Shown here: positions 45,080-55,587 of the stretch, one piece after another
How positions within the stretch are numbered: position 1 is the first letter of the stretch
How the letters are laid out: every line of letters starts with the position of its first letter
Assembly (NCBI GenBank): GCA_001793155.1
Contig: MGHI01000020.1
Coordinates: forward strand, 9,898-73,897
Direction: 5' to 3'
Source: Candidatus Woesebacteria bacterium RIFCSPLOWO2_01_FULL_39_61
GTDB lineage: Bacteria; Patescibacteriota; Microgenomatia; UBA8517
DNA length: 64,000 nt
The notes under the pieces: generated by a model
The model's database searches: none
What the model saw: the letters and a program-made list of their open reading frames with translations, nothing else
Told to the model about the DNA's origin: nothing
Position numbers and translations under genes: made by a program

Positions 45080-46427
45080 ATTTAAGCCGCTATCAAAAAG
45101 GGAAACTCGGTTAATATTATTTTTTTTTCTCCTTTTGGGTTTTTCAGTCAGAATCATTTTTGTACCTTACTGGGTAAAAATTGACGGAGACTTGCTTCTC
45201 TTTTCCGATTGGGGAATAAAATTCTGGCAGTATGGTACAAAAGACTTTTACTTTGTTAAAGATTGGCACTACGCGACCCCCAACTATCCTCCGATAATTT
45301 CTTTAGTATACGGAGCGAGTTACTGGCTCTTTGATCACAAGTTCTATTTAGCACAGCTGCATAACCTAATAAGAATTCCGCCAGCCGTATTTATTATTTA
45401 TTTTTATCGAGAAGGTTATTGGCTACTTCTTAAAATGCCCTCAATATTGTCGGATCTCGGTATCGCAGCTATTATTTACAAGCTGGTTAAGGATTTTACT
45501 AAATCTTTCAAAGTGGCTTTTGCTGCATCTTTGTTTTATCTATTTAACCCCATTTCAATTTTTTTAAGCGGAGTTTGGGGACAGTCCGATAGTATGGTGT
45601 CACTTTTGGGTATGGGAGCATTTACCTTGCTGATCAGGGGAATGCCTGGAGCTTCAATCCTTTTTTACTTTAGCAGTCTCTATATAAAACCTAACTGGTT
45701 GATTTTTGCTCCGCTTTATCTTTTTATATTTTACAAGCTTCGTCCAAAGTTAAGGAGCTTGGTCATAGGAAGTGTTTCAACTATCGCACTTTTTGTCGTT
45801 TCTACCGCTCCTTTTGCGAAAGAAGGAATTCTACCCTTTTCCTGGTGGTTACTTAGGGAGAGGATAATTCCTACGGCAACGGTCGCCGGAAAACTTTCAG
45901 TCTCTGCTTTTAATTTCTACACCATTTTTTTTACTATCGACAAACACCCGGTCACGACTCAAGTTTTGGGTTTACCATTGGGAATGGCGGGGTGGATTTT
46001 GTTTCTGACGGTAAATTTGATAGTCATCTCCGGTCTTGTTAAAAAGAAGTTATCTGAACCCGACGTGGTTTATTCCCTTTTTACAATCGGATTTGCCGGG
46101 TTTTTGTTTTTGCCGAATATGCTGGAAAGATACTTTTTTCCCTCCTTCATTCCGATGATTATTCTGATATTTTCCCAACCGAGGTTGCTAACCTACGGTC
46201 TGATTATCAATATGTCGCTATTTATGAATATAGTCTGGGCGTTTTTCAGAAGAACCAAAGGCGAGATTAATGATTTTTTTACCGAAAATAACTTTTTAGT
46301 CATCAGGATTTTGTCGTCGTTAGTAGCACTGTCTTGGCTTTTCATTGTCACACGAGGGGAATTTCAAACAAAACATGTTACATCTCTGAAAAACAAGCTT
46401 CTCATGTTAAAATTTAGTCGTGGCTGA
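45072..46427 (+). CDS. GT-C membrane glycosyltransferase (ALG6/PIG-M-like)
   Basis: GDLLLF.DW, NYPP, KMPSILSD, FNP, WGQSDS, KP, ERYFFP. Confidence 0.75.
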   Translation: MFKFKPLSKRETRLILFFFLLLGFSVRIIFVPYWVKIDGDLLLFSDWGIKFWQYGTKDFYFVKDWHYATPNYPPIISLVYGASYWLFDHKFYLAQLHNLIRIPPAVFIIYFYREGYWLLLKMPSILSDLGIAAIIYKLVKDFTKSFKVAFAASLFYLFNPISIFLSGVWGQSDSMVSLLGMGAFTLLIRGMPGASILFYFSSLYIKPNWLIFAPLYLFIFYKLRPKLRSLVIGSVSTIALFVVSTAPFAKEGILPFSWWLLRERIIPTATVAGKLSVSAFNFYTIFFTIDKHPVTTQVLGLPLGMAGWILFLTVNLIVISGLVKKKLSEPDVVYSLFTIGFAGFLFLPNMLERYFFPSFIPMIILIFSQPRLLTYGLIINMSLFMNIVWAFFRRTKGEINDFFTENNFLVIRILSSLVALSWLFIVTRGEFQTKHVTSLKNKLLMLKFSRG

Positions 46428-47919
46428 AGTAACTAATGAAGAAGAACATTTGGACCCAACCAGCGAGATATCGCTCACCGCAGTAAAGGAAAGGGCTGTC
46501 AAAGGAGTTGCTGTATTAACTGGAAGGACATTTGTTTTAAGTTTAATCTCTTTAGTAGCGACTGGATTTTTGACTGTTTTTTTGGAACCCAGCGAGTTCG
46601 GAGTTTTTTGGATCGTTTCGGCCGTAGTCAATTTCCTGGTTTATTTTTCAGATATCGGGCTTGCCGCTGCACTCATTCAGAAGAAAGAAAAATTAAAAAA
46701 AAGCGAACTAAATACAACTTTTTTAGTTCAGCAAAGTCTGGTTATATCGCTTTTAATCATTTTATATTTATCGACCCCCTTTTTAAAAAGATATTATTCG
46801 TTAAGTGACGAAGGGGAATTTTTATTTTATGCCCTTGGTGCCTCACTTTTTCTATCGTCCCTAAAGACAATCCCCTCGGTTTTAATGGAGAGGCGATTGG
46901 AATTCGGAAAACTGGTGATTCCCCAAGTCCTTGAAAATCTTGTCTATAACCTGGTCGCCGTTTTTTTGGCTTGGAGCGGGTTCGGAATCAGGAGCTTTAC
47001 CTATTCGGTTCTTGCCAGGGGAATAGTTGGGCTTATCGTAATTTATATGCTAAGGCCGTGGTTTCCGGCTTTAAATTTTTCGAGAAAATCCCTCAGGAAG
47101 TTGCTAACATTTGGGATACCTTATCAGGTTAATACTTTTTTGGCCACGATTAAGGACGATGGCATGACCGCATATCTGGGCGGGATTTTGGGACCTACCG
47201 GAATCGGATTTTTGGGTTGGGCCCAAAAATGGGCCTACATGCCGCTTAGACTTTTCCTGGACCACGTTTTAAAGGTAACTTTCCCGGCGTTCTCCCGTAT
47301 GCAGAATGATAAGAAAGAACTCGAATACGCCGTTACCAGATCAATCTTTTTTGTATGTTTTCTGGTTTTTCCAAGTGTTGCCGGTCTTATTATCCTGGCT
47401 CCGATTTTAATAAAAATTATCCCGCGCTACGAAAAATGGGAACCGGCTCTTTTTCCTTTAGCTTTGATAAGTATTAATACCCTGTTTGCGGCAGCAACCA
47501 CGCAATTGACAAATTTACTCAATGCCATAGGAAAGATAAAAGTGACCTTTAAACTAATGGTGATGTGGACTGTCTTAACCTGGATATTCGTACCTTTTCT
47601 GACGATAAAATACGGGGTTAACGGGGCGGCTTTCGGATATGCAATGGTCGGAGCCAGTTCCATAATTGCTATTTATATAGTAAGAAAAATTATTAATTTT
47701 TCCCTTTACCGAAGTGTTTTTACACCCGCCGTTGCCGCCATAATAATGGCTTTGGTACTTTTACTATTTAAAGGATTCCTTCCAGTTAATATTACTTCCG
47801 TATGGCTTTTGGTGTTTGCAGGGACATTAGTTTATATGATATCCATGTACTTTTTGGTGGGTCCTTTAATACTCGCTGATGCTAAAAAAGGTATTCGGGC
47901 CGTTTTTTCAAGGAATTAA
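46420..47919 (+). CDS. Wzx/oligosaccharide flippase
   Basis: LEPSEFG, SDIGLAAALIQ, ERRLEF, VTFPAFSRMQ; about 12-14 TM. Confidence 0.9.
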   Translation: MAEVTNEEEHLDPTSEISLTAVKERAVKGVAVLTGRTFVLSLISLVATGFLTVFLEPSEFGVFWIVSAVVNFLVYFSDIGLAAALIQKKEKLKKSELNTTFLVQQSLVISLLIILYLSTPFLKRYYSLSDEGEFLFYALGASLFLSSLKTIPSVLMERRLEFGKLVIPQVLENLVYNLVAVFLAWSGFGIRSFTYSVLARGIVGLIVIYMLRPWFPALNFSRKSLRKLLTFGIPYQVNTFLATIKDDGMTAYLGGILGPTGIGFLGWAQKWAYMPLRLFLDHVLKVTFPAFSRMQNDKKELEYAVTRSIFFVCFLVFPSVAGLIILAPILIKIIPRYEKWEPALFPLALISINTLFAAATTQLTNLLNAIGKIKVTFKLMVMWTVLTWIFVPFLTIKYGVNGAAFGYAMVGASSIIAIYIVRKIINFSLYRSVFTPAVAAIIMALVLLLFKGFLPVNITSVWLLVFAGTLVYMISMYFLVGPLILADAKKGIRAVFSRN

Positions 47920-49606
47920 TCGATACGGATGGGCGCTAATTGGGCTCGGGACCATTGCGTGGTCGGCAACAATGGTAAAAAGCGGGTTGGTTTATTCCTT
48001 TGGAATGGGTTTTTGGGGACCGAATGGTCACGATGGTGTGTGGCATATTTCTTTAGCCCAAGGGTTGGCACATGGATCTTTGAAAATGCTCATTTTTTCC
48101 GGGGAGAAAATAAAAAATTATCATATCGGATACGATCTTATTCTAGCAGCACTTCATAAACTAACCCTTCTTCCCATTCACACTTTATATTTTCAGATAC
48201 TCCCACCCATACTTGCTATACTAGCCGGCTCGCTTTGCTATCTTTTTATTCTAAGGTGGACGCGCTCGACAAAGAGTGCTTTTTGGGCGACATTCTTTGT
48301 CTATTTCGGGGGAAATTGGGGTTGGGTTATTTCCTACCTAAGAAACCATGATTTAGCGGGCGAGTCGATGTTTTGGTCGCAGCAGTCCATATCGACACTT
48401 CTTAATCCGCCCTTTGCTTTGTCGCTTTTCCTCATCTTTTTAGGACTTAGATTTTTGCTATCCGGTATCGAAAACGAGAACAAAAAATCCCTGGTAATTT
48501 CGACTTTACTTTTCGGAATATTAGTTCAGATAAAAGTTTACGCCGGAGTACTTTGTTTGGGCGCGCTTTTCATTTCCGGAATTTGGCGAATGCTTCAAAA
48601 AAAAGGAACGTCGGCAATAAAGATGTTCACTGGCGTAATTTCGGTCTCGGTATTAGTGTTGGCACCTCTGACGACGAATACAAATAATATTTTGGTTTTT
48701 AAACCGTTTTGGTATTTGGAGACAATGATGACTTTTTCCGACCGCCTCAATTGGCCGAGATTCGGCGAAGCAATGATAAATTATCAACTTGCCGGAAACT
48801 GGATTAAGGGAATCCCAGCATATCTTATTGCACTATTTATTTTTTGGTTCGGTAACCTGGGTACGAGGGTTTTCAAAGAAGTTTTATTTATTCGCCACAT
48901 TAAAAACCCCAGTAAGATGGATTTTATAACGGTATTTATTTTCTCTGTTATTGGAGGAGGTTTGGTACTGCCTTTACTTTTTATTCAAAATGGAACCGCC
49001 TGGAATACCATTCAGTTTATGTATTATTCCTTGATGTTTTCAGGAATCTTAGCCGGAATCAGTCTGGGAAACTTTTTGGAAAAAACTAAGTCTGGAGTAA
49101 GTCGATTTTTGGTCGGAGGGGTCGTATTTATACTGACTATTCCGACAACCATAGGAACGCTGAGACACTATTTACCTTCGAGACCGCCGGCAAAGATTTC
49201 GTTAGAAGAGCTTCAGGCATTGAAATTTTTAGCCAAAGAGGCCGATGGAGTTATTTTAACTTTACCTTTCGATAGGATAGCTGCTGATGCTGCCGCAGGA
49301 AATCCCCCGAGGCCTCTCTACTTATACGAATCAACTGCCTACGTTTCGGCTTTTACAGCTAAACCTGTTTTTATGGAAGACGAAGTAAATTTGGAAATAA
49401 CCGGATTCGACTGGAGAGGAAGAAAAGAAAAAATTTTGGATTTTATTTCAACACCAAGCCAGGAAAAAGCTAAAGCTTTTCTAAAAAAAGAGGGAATAAC
49501 TTATGTTTATTGGATAAAGGAAGGGAGGGGAAGAATCGATCAAAAGCAGGATGTGCTTCAGTCAATTTATGAAAACAGTGAAGTTCAAATTCTAAAAACA
49601 AAGTGA
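47879..49606 (+). CDS. multi-pass membrane protein, putative GT-C glycosyltransferase
   Basis: GHDGVWH in the first loop, NYH..YD, NPP, K.Y; C-terminal soluble domain ending IYENSEVQI. Start uncertain. Confidence 0.65.
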   Translation: MLKKVFGPFFQGINRYGWALIGLGTIAWSATMVKSGLVYSFGMGFWGPNGHDGVWHISLAQGLAHGSLKMLIFSGEKIKNYHIGYDLILAALHKLTLLPIHTLYFQILPPILAILAGSLCYLFILRWTRSTKSAFWATFFVYFGGNWGWVISYLRNHDLAGESMFWSQQSISTLLNPPFALSLFLIFLGLRFLLSGIENENKKSLVISTLLFGILVQIKVYAGVLCLGALFISGIWRMLQKKGTSAIKMFTGVISVSVLVLAPLTTNTNNILVFKPFWYLETMMTFSDRLNWPRFGEAMINYQLAGNWIKGIPAYLIALFIFWFGNLGTRVFKEVLFIRHIKNPSKMDFITVFIFSVIGGGLVLPLLFIQNGTAWNTIQFMYYSLMFSGILAGISLGNFLEKTKSGVSRFLVGGVVFILTIPTTIGTLRHYLPSRPPAKISLEELQALKFLAKEADGVILTLPFDRIAADAAAGNPPRPLYLYESTAYVSAFTAKPVFMEDEVNLEITGFDWRGRKEKILDFISTPSQEKAKAFLKKEGITYVYWIKEGRGRIDQKQDVLQSIYENSEVQILKTK

Positions 49607-49674
49607 AACAACTTGTTCCGTATCAGGTTCACTTTGTTGCGGTAATAATCCCTCCTGCATGGTAAAATTTGAAT

Positions 49675-50574
49675 GTGGGAAAGATTTCTGTAGTAATTAA
49701 TACCCTAAACGAAGAGAAAAATCTTCCAAGAGCATTAGCTTCTGTAAAATACTTTGCGGATGAAATAGTGGTTTGTGACATGTACTCGGACGATAAGACA
49801 GTGGAAATTGCCAAAAATGCGGGTGCAAAAATTTATGAGCATGAGAAAACCGGGTATGTAGAACCGGCAAGAGACTATGCAATAGGAAAAGCTCAGAGAG
49901 ATTGGGTTTTGATACTCGACGCCGATGAAGAAATTTCTTCATCACTCAAAACGGAGTTAAAAAGTATCACCGCCAAACCCAGTGCCGATTTTTATCGGCT
50001 ACCCAGGAAGAACATAATTTTCGGTAAGTGGATTAAGCACTCTCGCTTCTGGCCTGACTACAACATTCGTTTTTTCCGGAAAGGTTATGTTGCCTGGAGT
50101 GAAATAATTCATTCCGTTCCGGAAACAAAAGGAAAAGGATTTGATTTGGAGGCAAAGGAAGAAAATGCCATTATCCATCATCATTATGAGACTATCGAAC
50201 AATTTGTGGAGAGATTAAACCGCTACACTACGGAGCATGCCAAGTTACTGTCTAAGGAGGGATACAATTTTAACTGGACCGATCTTATACAAAAACCAAC
50301 CAACGAATTTTTGGGCAGATATTTTCAGGGAGAAGGTTACAAGGACGGTTTGCACGGTCTTGCACTTTCCGGACTCCAAGCTTTCTCGGAGTTTGTAATG
50401 TACTTAAAGCTCTGGCAAATGCTAGGTTTCAAGGCAGACCATGTCGATATAGAGGAAACAGTCAATGAAATGAAGGAGATTGAGGCGGATTTGCATTATT
50501 GGCAATCCGATGCTCTTCTTAAAGAGGTGGGAGGATTGAAGCATCGTGTTAAGAGGAAATTCAGGCTTCCATGA
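49675..50574 (+). CDS. GT2 glycosyltransferase (WaaE/beta-1,4-glucosyltransferase-like)
   Basis: VINTLNEE, CDMYSDDKT, LDADE, LPRKN, WPDY, RLNRYT, GYKDGLHG. GTG start lies 6 nt after TGgTAAAAT. Confidence 0.9.
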   Translation: MGKISVVINTLNEEKNLPRALASVKYFADEIVVCDMYSDDKTVEIAKNAGAKIYEHEKTGYVEPARDYAIGKAQRDWVLILDADEEISSSLKTELKSITAKPSADFYRLPRKNIIFGKWIKHSRFWPDYNIRFFRKGYVAWSEIIHSVPETKGKGFDLEAKEENAIIHHHYETIEQFVERLNRYTTEHAKLLSKEGYNFNWTDLIQKPTNEFLGRYFQGEGYKDGLHGLALSGLQAFSEFVMYLKLWQMLGFKADHVDIEETVNEMKEIEADLHYWQSDALLKEVGGLKHRVKRKFRLP

Positions 50575-50585
50575 CAGCATCTTTC

Positions 50586-50612
50586 TATGAAGTGGTTTCG
50601 AAACACTTCATA
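50586..50612. repeat. 27-nt near-perfect palindrome
   Basis: TATGAAGT-G-GTTTC/GAAAC-ACTTCATA, one bulged G. Confidence 0.65.
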
Positions 50613-50667
50613 CAACTTACCGCTAAGCTTAAAAAAGAGCAGGCAGGCGAGGTTTGAAATAAGTTTT

Positions 50668-51474
50668 ATGGAAAAGGTTTCAAATAAAGGTGTAAAAGGT
50701 AAAACTTCCGTAACGGTTATAGTTATTGCAAAAAACGAAGAAAAAAAAATAACTGACTGTCTAAAGTCGGCTAAATGGGCTAATGAAGTTTTGGTTATCG
50801 ACACAGGCTCCAGTGACTCCACTCCTCTGTTAGCAAAAAAGTACGGGGCAAAAGTCTCGGTTTTTACAAAAGGGGGATATAGTGATTGGCGAAATAGGGG
50901 TAATGCCCTTGCAAATTTTGAGTGGGTTTTTTACGTAGATGCCGACGAACGTGTAACTCCGGAATTAAAAGAAGAAATCCTTGAAGTAATTGATTCCGAT
51001 ACAAAGACGAGTAAATATTCTGCCTATGCGATTCCGAGAAAAAATATTATTTTGGGAAAAGAATTAAGGCACGGTGGATGGTGGCCTGATTATGTAAAAA
51101 GGTTATATCTGAAAAATAAACTAAAAAGGTGGAGGGGAGAACTGCACGAGGAACCGGTTTTTGAAGGAGAACTTGGACATTTGAAAAATCCCCTAGTACA
51201 TATAAAACACGATAATCTGTCCGAAATGGTTGATAAAACTAACATATGGTCGGAAATAGAAGCAAAACTGATGTTAGAGGCAAATCATCCGCAAATGAAC
51301 CCCATTCGTTTTTTATCGGCAATGCACAGAGAATTTACTCTGAGAATGTTGAAACAAAGAGCCTTTTTAGACGGACCCGAAGGTATAATTTATGCTCTCT
51401 ACCAAGTCTATAGCAGATTTATCACTTACGCAAAATTGTGGGAAATGCAAATACAAAGTCAAAATTCAAAGTAA
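50668..51474 (+). CDS. GT2 glycosyltransferase (WaaE-like), paralog of upstream gene
   Basis: IAKNEE, DTGSSD, VDADE, IPRKN, WPDY, LHE, FLDG. Start moved downstream of the palindrome (ORF track gives 50587). Confidence 0.9.
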   Translation: MEKVSNKGVKGKTSVTVIVIAKNEEKKITDCLKSAKWANEVLVIDTGSSDSTPLLAKKYGAKVSVFTKGGYSDWRNRGNALANFEWVFYVDADERVTPELKEEILEVIDSDTKTSKYSAYAIPRKNIILGKELRHGGWWPDYVKRLYLKNKLKRWRGELHEEPVFEGELGHLKNPLVHIKHDNLSEMVDKTNIWSEIEAKLMLEANHPQMNPIRFLSAMHREFTLRMLKQRAFLDGPEGIIYALYQVYSRFITYAKLWEMQIQSQNSK

Positions 51475-51476
51475 AT

Positions 51477-52508
51477 ATGCACGCGGCAATTTATAATCCC
51501 TACCTGGATACTTTGGGTGGGGGCGAAAGATACACAATAAGTTTTGCTAAGGTTTTAAGTGATGTGGGTTATGATGTGGATGTTGAATGGAAGAATCCAA
51601 AAATTAAAAATAAATTAGAGGAACGTTTTGGAATTAAACTGCAGGGGATTAACTTCATTAACGACATAAAAAGAGGAGACGGTTATGACATATGTTTCTG
51701 GCTATCGGATGGGAGTATACCTCTTCTTCGCGCAAGGAAAAATTTTTTGCATTTCCAATTTCCTTTCAAGGACGTTAAAGGCGGGTCTTTGCTTAACAGG
51801 ATGAAACTTTTTCGGGTAAGTAAAATTATTTGCAACTCGCGCTTTACAAAATCTTATATAGATAAAGAATACCAGTCAGATAGCCTAGTCATTTACCCTC
51901 CGGTAGATACCAAGTCTATTAGACCCAAAAGAAAGGAAAATATTATACTTTTTGTCGGTCGTTTTTCGCAGCTGACGCAAAGTAAAAATCAGCAAATATT
52001 GATTGACGCTTTTAAATCCTTTTACAAATCAGGCCCGACAGACTGGAGACTGATATTGGCAGGAGGAATCGAAGTCGGAGTTGATGATTATATGAAAAAA
52101 TTGGTCAAATCTTCACGGAATTATCCGGTGGAAATTGTTAAAAGTCCGGGTTATGAGGAAATTAAAAATCTTTATGGTATATCAAAACTTTTCTGGTCTG
52201 CGGTTGGTTACGGTGTTGAAGAGGAAAAAGACCCCAAAAAAGTAGAGCACTTTGGGATAGCAGTAGTCGAAGCGATGAGGGCGGGTGCGGTACCTATTGT
52301 TTATAATGCGGGAGGCCATAAAGAAATCATCAAGGATGGGGATAATGGCTTTCTCTGGTCAACTAAAAGAGAATTAATTAAAAAAACTAAAGATCTGATT
52401 AAAGATTCTAAAAAACTGAAACTCTACTCCCGAAATGCAACAAAGGCGAGTCTTAAATACGGTTATGAAAGGTTTAGAAAAGAAATTCTACAGCTTGTCG
52501 AAAATTAG
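51477..52508 (+). CDS. glycosyltransferase family 4
   Basis: LGGGERY, CNSRFT, IYPPVD, FVGRF..KNQ, EHFGIAVVEAM, GGHKEII. Confidence 0.92.
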   Translation: MHAAIYNPYLDTLGGGERYTISFAKVLSDVGYDVDVEWKNPKIKNKLEERFGIKLQGINFINDIKRGDGYDICFWLSDGSIPLLRARKNFLHFQFPFKDVKGGSLLNRMKLFRVSKIICNSRFTKSYIDKEYQSDSLVIYPPVDTKSIRPKRKENIILFVGRFSQLTQSKNQQILIDAFKSFYKSGPTDWRLILAGGIEVGVDDYMKKLVKSSRNYPVEIVKSPGYEEIKNLYGISKLFWSAVGYGVEEEKDPKKVEHFGIAVVEAMRAGAVPIVYNAGGHKEIIKDGDNGFLWSTKRELIKKTKDLIKDSKKLKLYSRNATKASLKYGYERFRKEILQLVEN

Positions 52509-54921
52509 TATCGTTTTTTCCACCTGGAAGTATTTACCAGTTTTCGGAATACTTTTACTGGACTTAATATTTTTTTATCCGGTAATTTTTCAAAACAAAA
52601 TTCCTCTTCCTGTTGATGCCTTGGTCGGTGCTCACGTTCCTTGGACCGAAGTTAAGTGGGAAGGTTTTCCTGCGGGCGTACCCATAAAAAACCAAGAAAT
52701 TACCGATTCCATTTCCCAGTTTTTTCCTTGGAGGTCTTTAGTTGGAGAATTTTGGAGGGCGGGCAAACCGCCTTTATGGAATCAGTATATGTTATCCGGT
52801 GCTCCACTCTTGGCCAGCTGGCATTCGGCTAGTTTGTACCCGCTTAATGTTATCTATTTACTTTTTTCTGATACGAATTCATGGACGATTCTAATCTTTC
52901 TGCAAATTTTTTTGAGCGGGGTATTTATGTATATTTTTTTATATCATTTGAATCTATCAAAGCTAGCCTCATTTTTCGGTTCAATTGCTTTTTCTTTTTC
53001 AGGCTATATGATCGCATGGCTGGAATTTGCTACGGGTGGACATGCGGGTTTGTGGTTACCCCTTCTCTTATTTGTTGAATTGCAACTTTTCGAAACAAAG
53101 CAAATTAAATGGTTAATTTTTAGTTCTTTAGTATTTTTCTTTATTTTTACGGCCGGGGATTTTCAAGTCCCTTTCTATATAACGATTACTTATATTCTTT
53201 TTGGCCTATATCTTTCTTTCCGAAAAAGAAGCAACATTTCGCGTTTTAAAAATATTGGATTGCTTTTTTCGGGCTTATTTTTTGGACTATTACTTTCACT
53301 ACCCCAACTTCTACCTACTATCGAATTGTATTTAAAATCTGTCAGAGTTGCCGATCCTTATATAAAGGAATATTTTTATGGGATAATGCATTGGGAAAAG
53401 ATCGTAAATTTTATCTGGCCGGATTTCTTCGGGAATGTTGTTACCAGAAACTACTGGGGCAAGTTTGGTTATCACGAGTATCTATCCTTTGTCGGAACAG
53501 TAACTTTAGCATTTGTTATATTTAGTTTTTTTAGAAGGAAAGGGAGGATAGAAAATTTTTTTTGGATTTTACTTTTCATCTCTTTAGTATTTCTTTTCCC
53601 AACACCCTTTGCATTTTTACCTTATAAATTATCAATACCGGCACTTGGAACAAGTTCAGCGAGCAGAATCATTTTTTTGGTCGATTTTTGCTTGGCGACT
53701 CTAGGAGCATTCGGATTTAATAAATTCCAGGAAACTAACGATAAAAATATCTTAAAAACCTTCTTTTGCCTTTTAGTAATAAGTTTCGGTACGGTATTAG
53801 GGATCTTAGTCTCAATTTATCAGATGACGAATTCCACGCTAGTTCCGGAAATGGTCAAAAATTTGAAAGTAGCACTTAGAAATATGGTTCCTTCTACCTT
53901 AGTTTTACTGGTACTATGGATCGCATTTATTTTTTATATAAATTTCCCTATCAAAAGTAAAAACAAGACGTTAATAAAGTTTATCGACAAAAGCTTTATT
54001 CTGTTAATTATTTTAGTGACCTCGTTTGAACTGTTGCATTTCGCATGGAAAAACACACCTTTTTCAAATCGTGAGTTTGTTTTCCCAACGACAAGAATAA
54101 TAGAGTTTTTACAGAAACAGCAAAAGCCGTTTAGAATTGCTGGGGGTATTCCCTTAAATCTATTTATGCCCTACCAGATAAATTCGGCGGAGGGTTATGA
54201 CCCCTTATATCCTGCCAGAAATAGCGAATGGTACTCTTTAGTCAACTCAGATAGCTTAGATGCCTTAAGCGGCAGATATGGTTTAATTCATAGGTTTGAC
54301 TCAAAACTTATTGACCAGGCAAACGTAAAATATGTAATTGATTATAAGAAAGACGCAAATAAGAATATGTCTGATACAGGCGCATATGAAGTGGGAATAG
54401 ACCCTGAAAAATATAAGGAAGTTTATTCCGAAGGAAGAATCAAAGTTTTTGAAAACTTGGATGTGCTCCCCAGAATTTGGATCACAACAATTTACACGGT
54501 TGCCAAGGATAATAAGGAGTTGATGGCCAAACTAGTTAATAAATCGAACCCGGGAAAACATATTGTCTTAGAAAAAAAACCAGATATAGTACTTGAAGAC
54601 AAAAATGTCAGTTATGAGCTAACGGATTTTAATCAAAAAATGAATAAAATTAGTTTTAATGTTGATGTGTCTGATGATGCTTTGCTTTTCTTATCCGAAT
54701 CCTTTGACCAGGGATGGACTTTGAAAATTGATAATTCTAGTCAAGAAATATTACGAGCAAACTATATTTTCCAAGCTACCCCTATTACGAAAGGGAAACA
54801 TTTTATACAATTCACTTATAGAACGCGGTCTTATTATTTTGGTTTGATCGTCTCGTTTATGTCTGTTTTATTTCTGGCTGGATTTATGACTTTTCGGAAA
54901 CGTAGTTCAAATAGAAATTAA
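52465..54921 (+). CDS. YfhO family membrane protein (GT-C fold)
   Basis: DSISQFFPW, PLWNQY..G.P, LYP, FSGY, EGYDPL, LPR, SESFDQGW, RANY.F; start uncertain (52435-52495). Confidence 0.85.
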   Translation: MKGLEKKFYSLSKISIVFSTWKYLPVFGILLLDLIFFYPVIFQNKIPLPVDALVGAHVPWTEVKWEGFPAGVPIKNQEITDSISQFFPWRSLVGEFWRAGKPPLWNQYMLSGAPLLASWHSASLYPLNVIYLLFSDTNSWTILIFLQIFLSGVFMYIFLYHLNLSKLASFFGSIAFSFSGYMIAWLEFATGGHAGLWLPLLLFVELQLFETKQIKWLIFSSLVFFFIFTAGDFQVPFYITITYILFGLYLSFRKRSNISRFKNIGLLFSGLFFGLLLSLPQLLPTIELYLKSVRVADPYIKEYFYGIMHWEKIVNFIWPDFFGNVVTRNYWGKFGYHEYLSFVGTVTLAFVIFSFFRRKGRIENFFWILLFISLVFLFPTPFAFLPYKLSIPALGTSSASRIIFLVDFCLATLGAFGFNKFQETNDKNILKTFFCLLVISFGTVLGILVSIYQMTNSTLVPEMVKNLKVALRNMVPSTLVLLVLWIAFIFYINFPIKSKNKTLIKFIDKSFILLIILVTSFELLHFAWKNTPFSNREFVFPTTRIIEFLQKQQKPFRIAGGIPLNLFMPYQINSAEGYDPLYPARNSEWYSLVNSDSLDALSGRYGLIHRFDSKLIDQANVKYVIDYKKDANKNMSDTGAYEVGIDPEKYKEVYSEGRIKVFENLDVLPRIWITTIYTVAKDNKELMAKLVNKSNPGKHIVLEKKPDIVLEDKNVSYELTDFNQKMNKISFNVDVSDDALLFLSESFDQGWTLKIDNSSQEILRANYIFQATPITKGKHFIQFTYRTRSYYFGLIVSFMSVLFLAGFMTFRKRSSNRN

Positions 54922-54923
54922 AG

Positions 54924-55586
54924 ATGGTAAAAACTGATGAAAGAAAATTAGCCGAAGAACTTCACGAAAAGGTACCCGCCAATTGGTATTATCAGTCTTT
55001 GAAAGTAGACCCCTTGCAAAGATATTGGCATATGCGAAGATTTAAAGAGATAGGGAAATTAATAGAACCTGCCAGAGGAAAAGTTTTAGATGTTGGTAGC
55101 GCGGACGGCGTGTTTTCAAACGTAATTTTAAAAAAAAGCGGAGCTAAAGAATTAGTTGGATTAGAGGTATTGAAAAAATCCGTCGATTGGGCGAATAAGC
55201 ATTGGAGGACAAATAAGAAAATGAAGTTTATGGTTGGTGATGCCCACGATTTGAATTTTAAATCCAATTCCTTTGATGCGGTTTTTTGTCTTGAAGTCTT
55301 AGAACATGTAAAAAATCCCACGAAAGTACTTAAAGAATTTAAAAGGGTAATGAAAAAAGGAGGATATGGCGTATTTTTGGTTCCATCGGATAACGACCTT
55401 TTTAAAATAATCTGGTATTTGTGGCTCCATTTTTATCCAAGGGGATGGGTTTGGAGAGATACGCACATCCAAACTTATAGAAACGATTTTCTACCCAAGA
55501 TGTGTAAAAAGACAGGATTTAAGGTTGAAACCGAAAAGAAATTTTTATTGGGAATGTTGTACGTTGTAAAAGTAAGAAAGATTTAG
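54924..55586 (+). CDS. class I SAM-dependent methyltransferase
   Basis: VLDVGSADG, GDAHDL.F..NSFDAVFCLEVLEHV, KKGG. Confidence 0.9.
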   Translation: MVKTDERKLAEELHEKVPANWYYQSLKVDPLQRYWHMRRFKEIGKLIEPARGKVLDVGSADGVFSNVILKKSGAKELVGLEVLKKSVDWANKHWRTNKKMKFMVGDAHDLNFKSNSFDAVFCLEVLEHVKNPTKVLKEFKRVMKKGGYGVFLVPSDNDLFKIIWYLWLHFYPRGWVWRDTHIQTYRNDFLPKMCKKTGFKVETEKKFLLGMLYVVKVRKI

Positions 55587-55587
55587 A

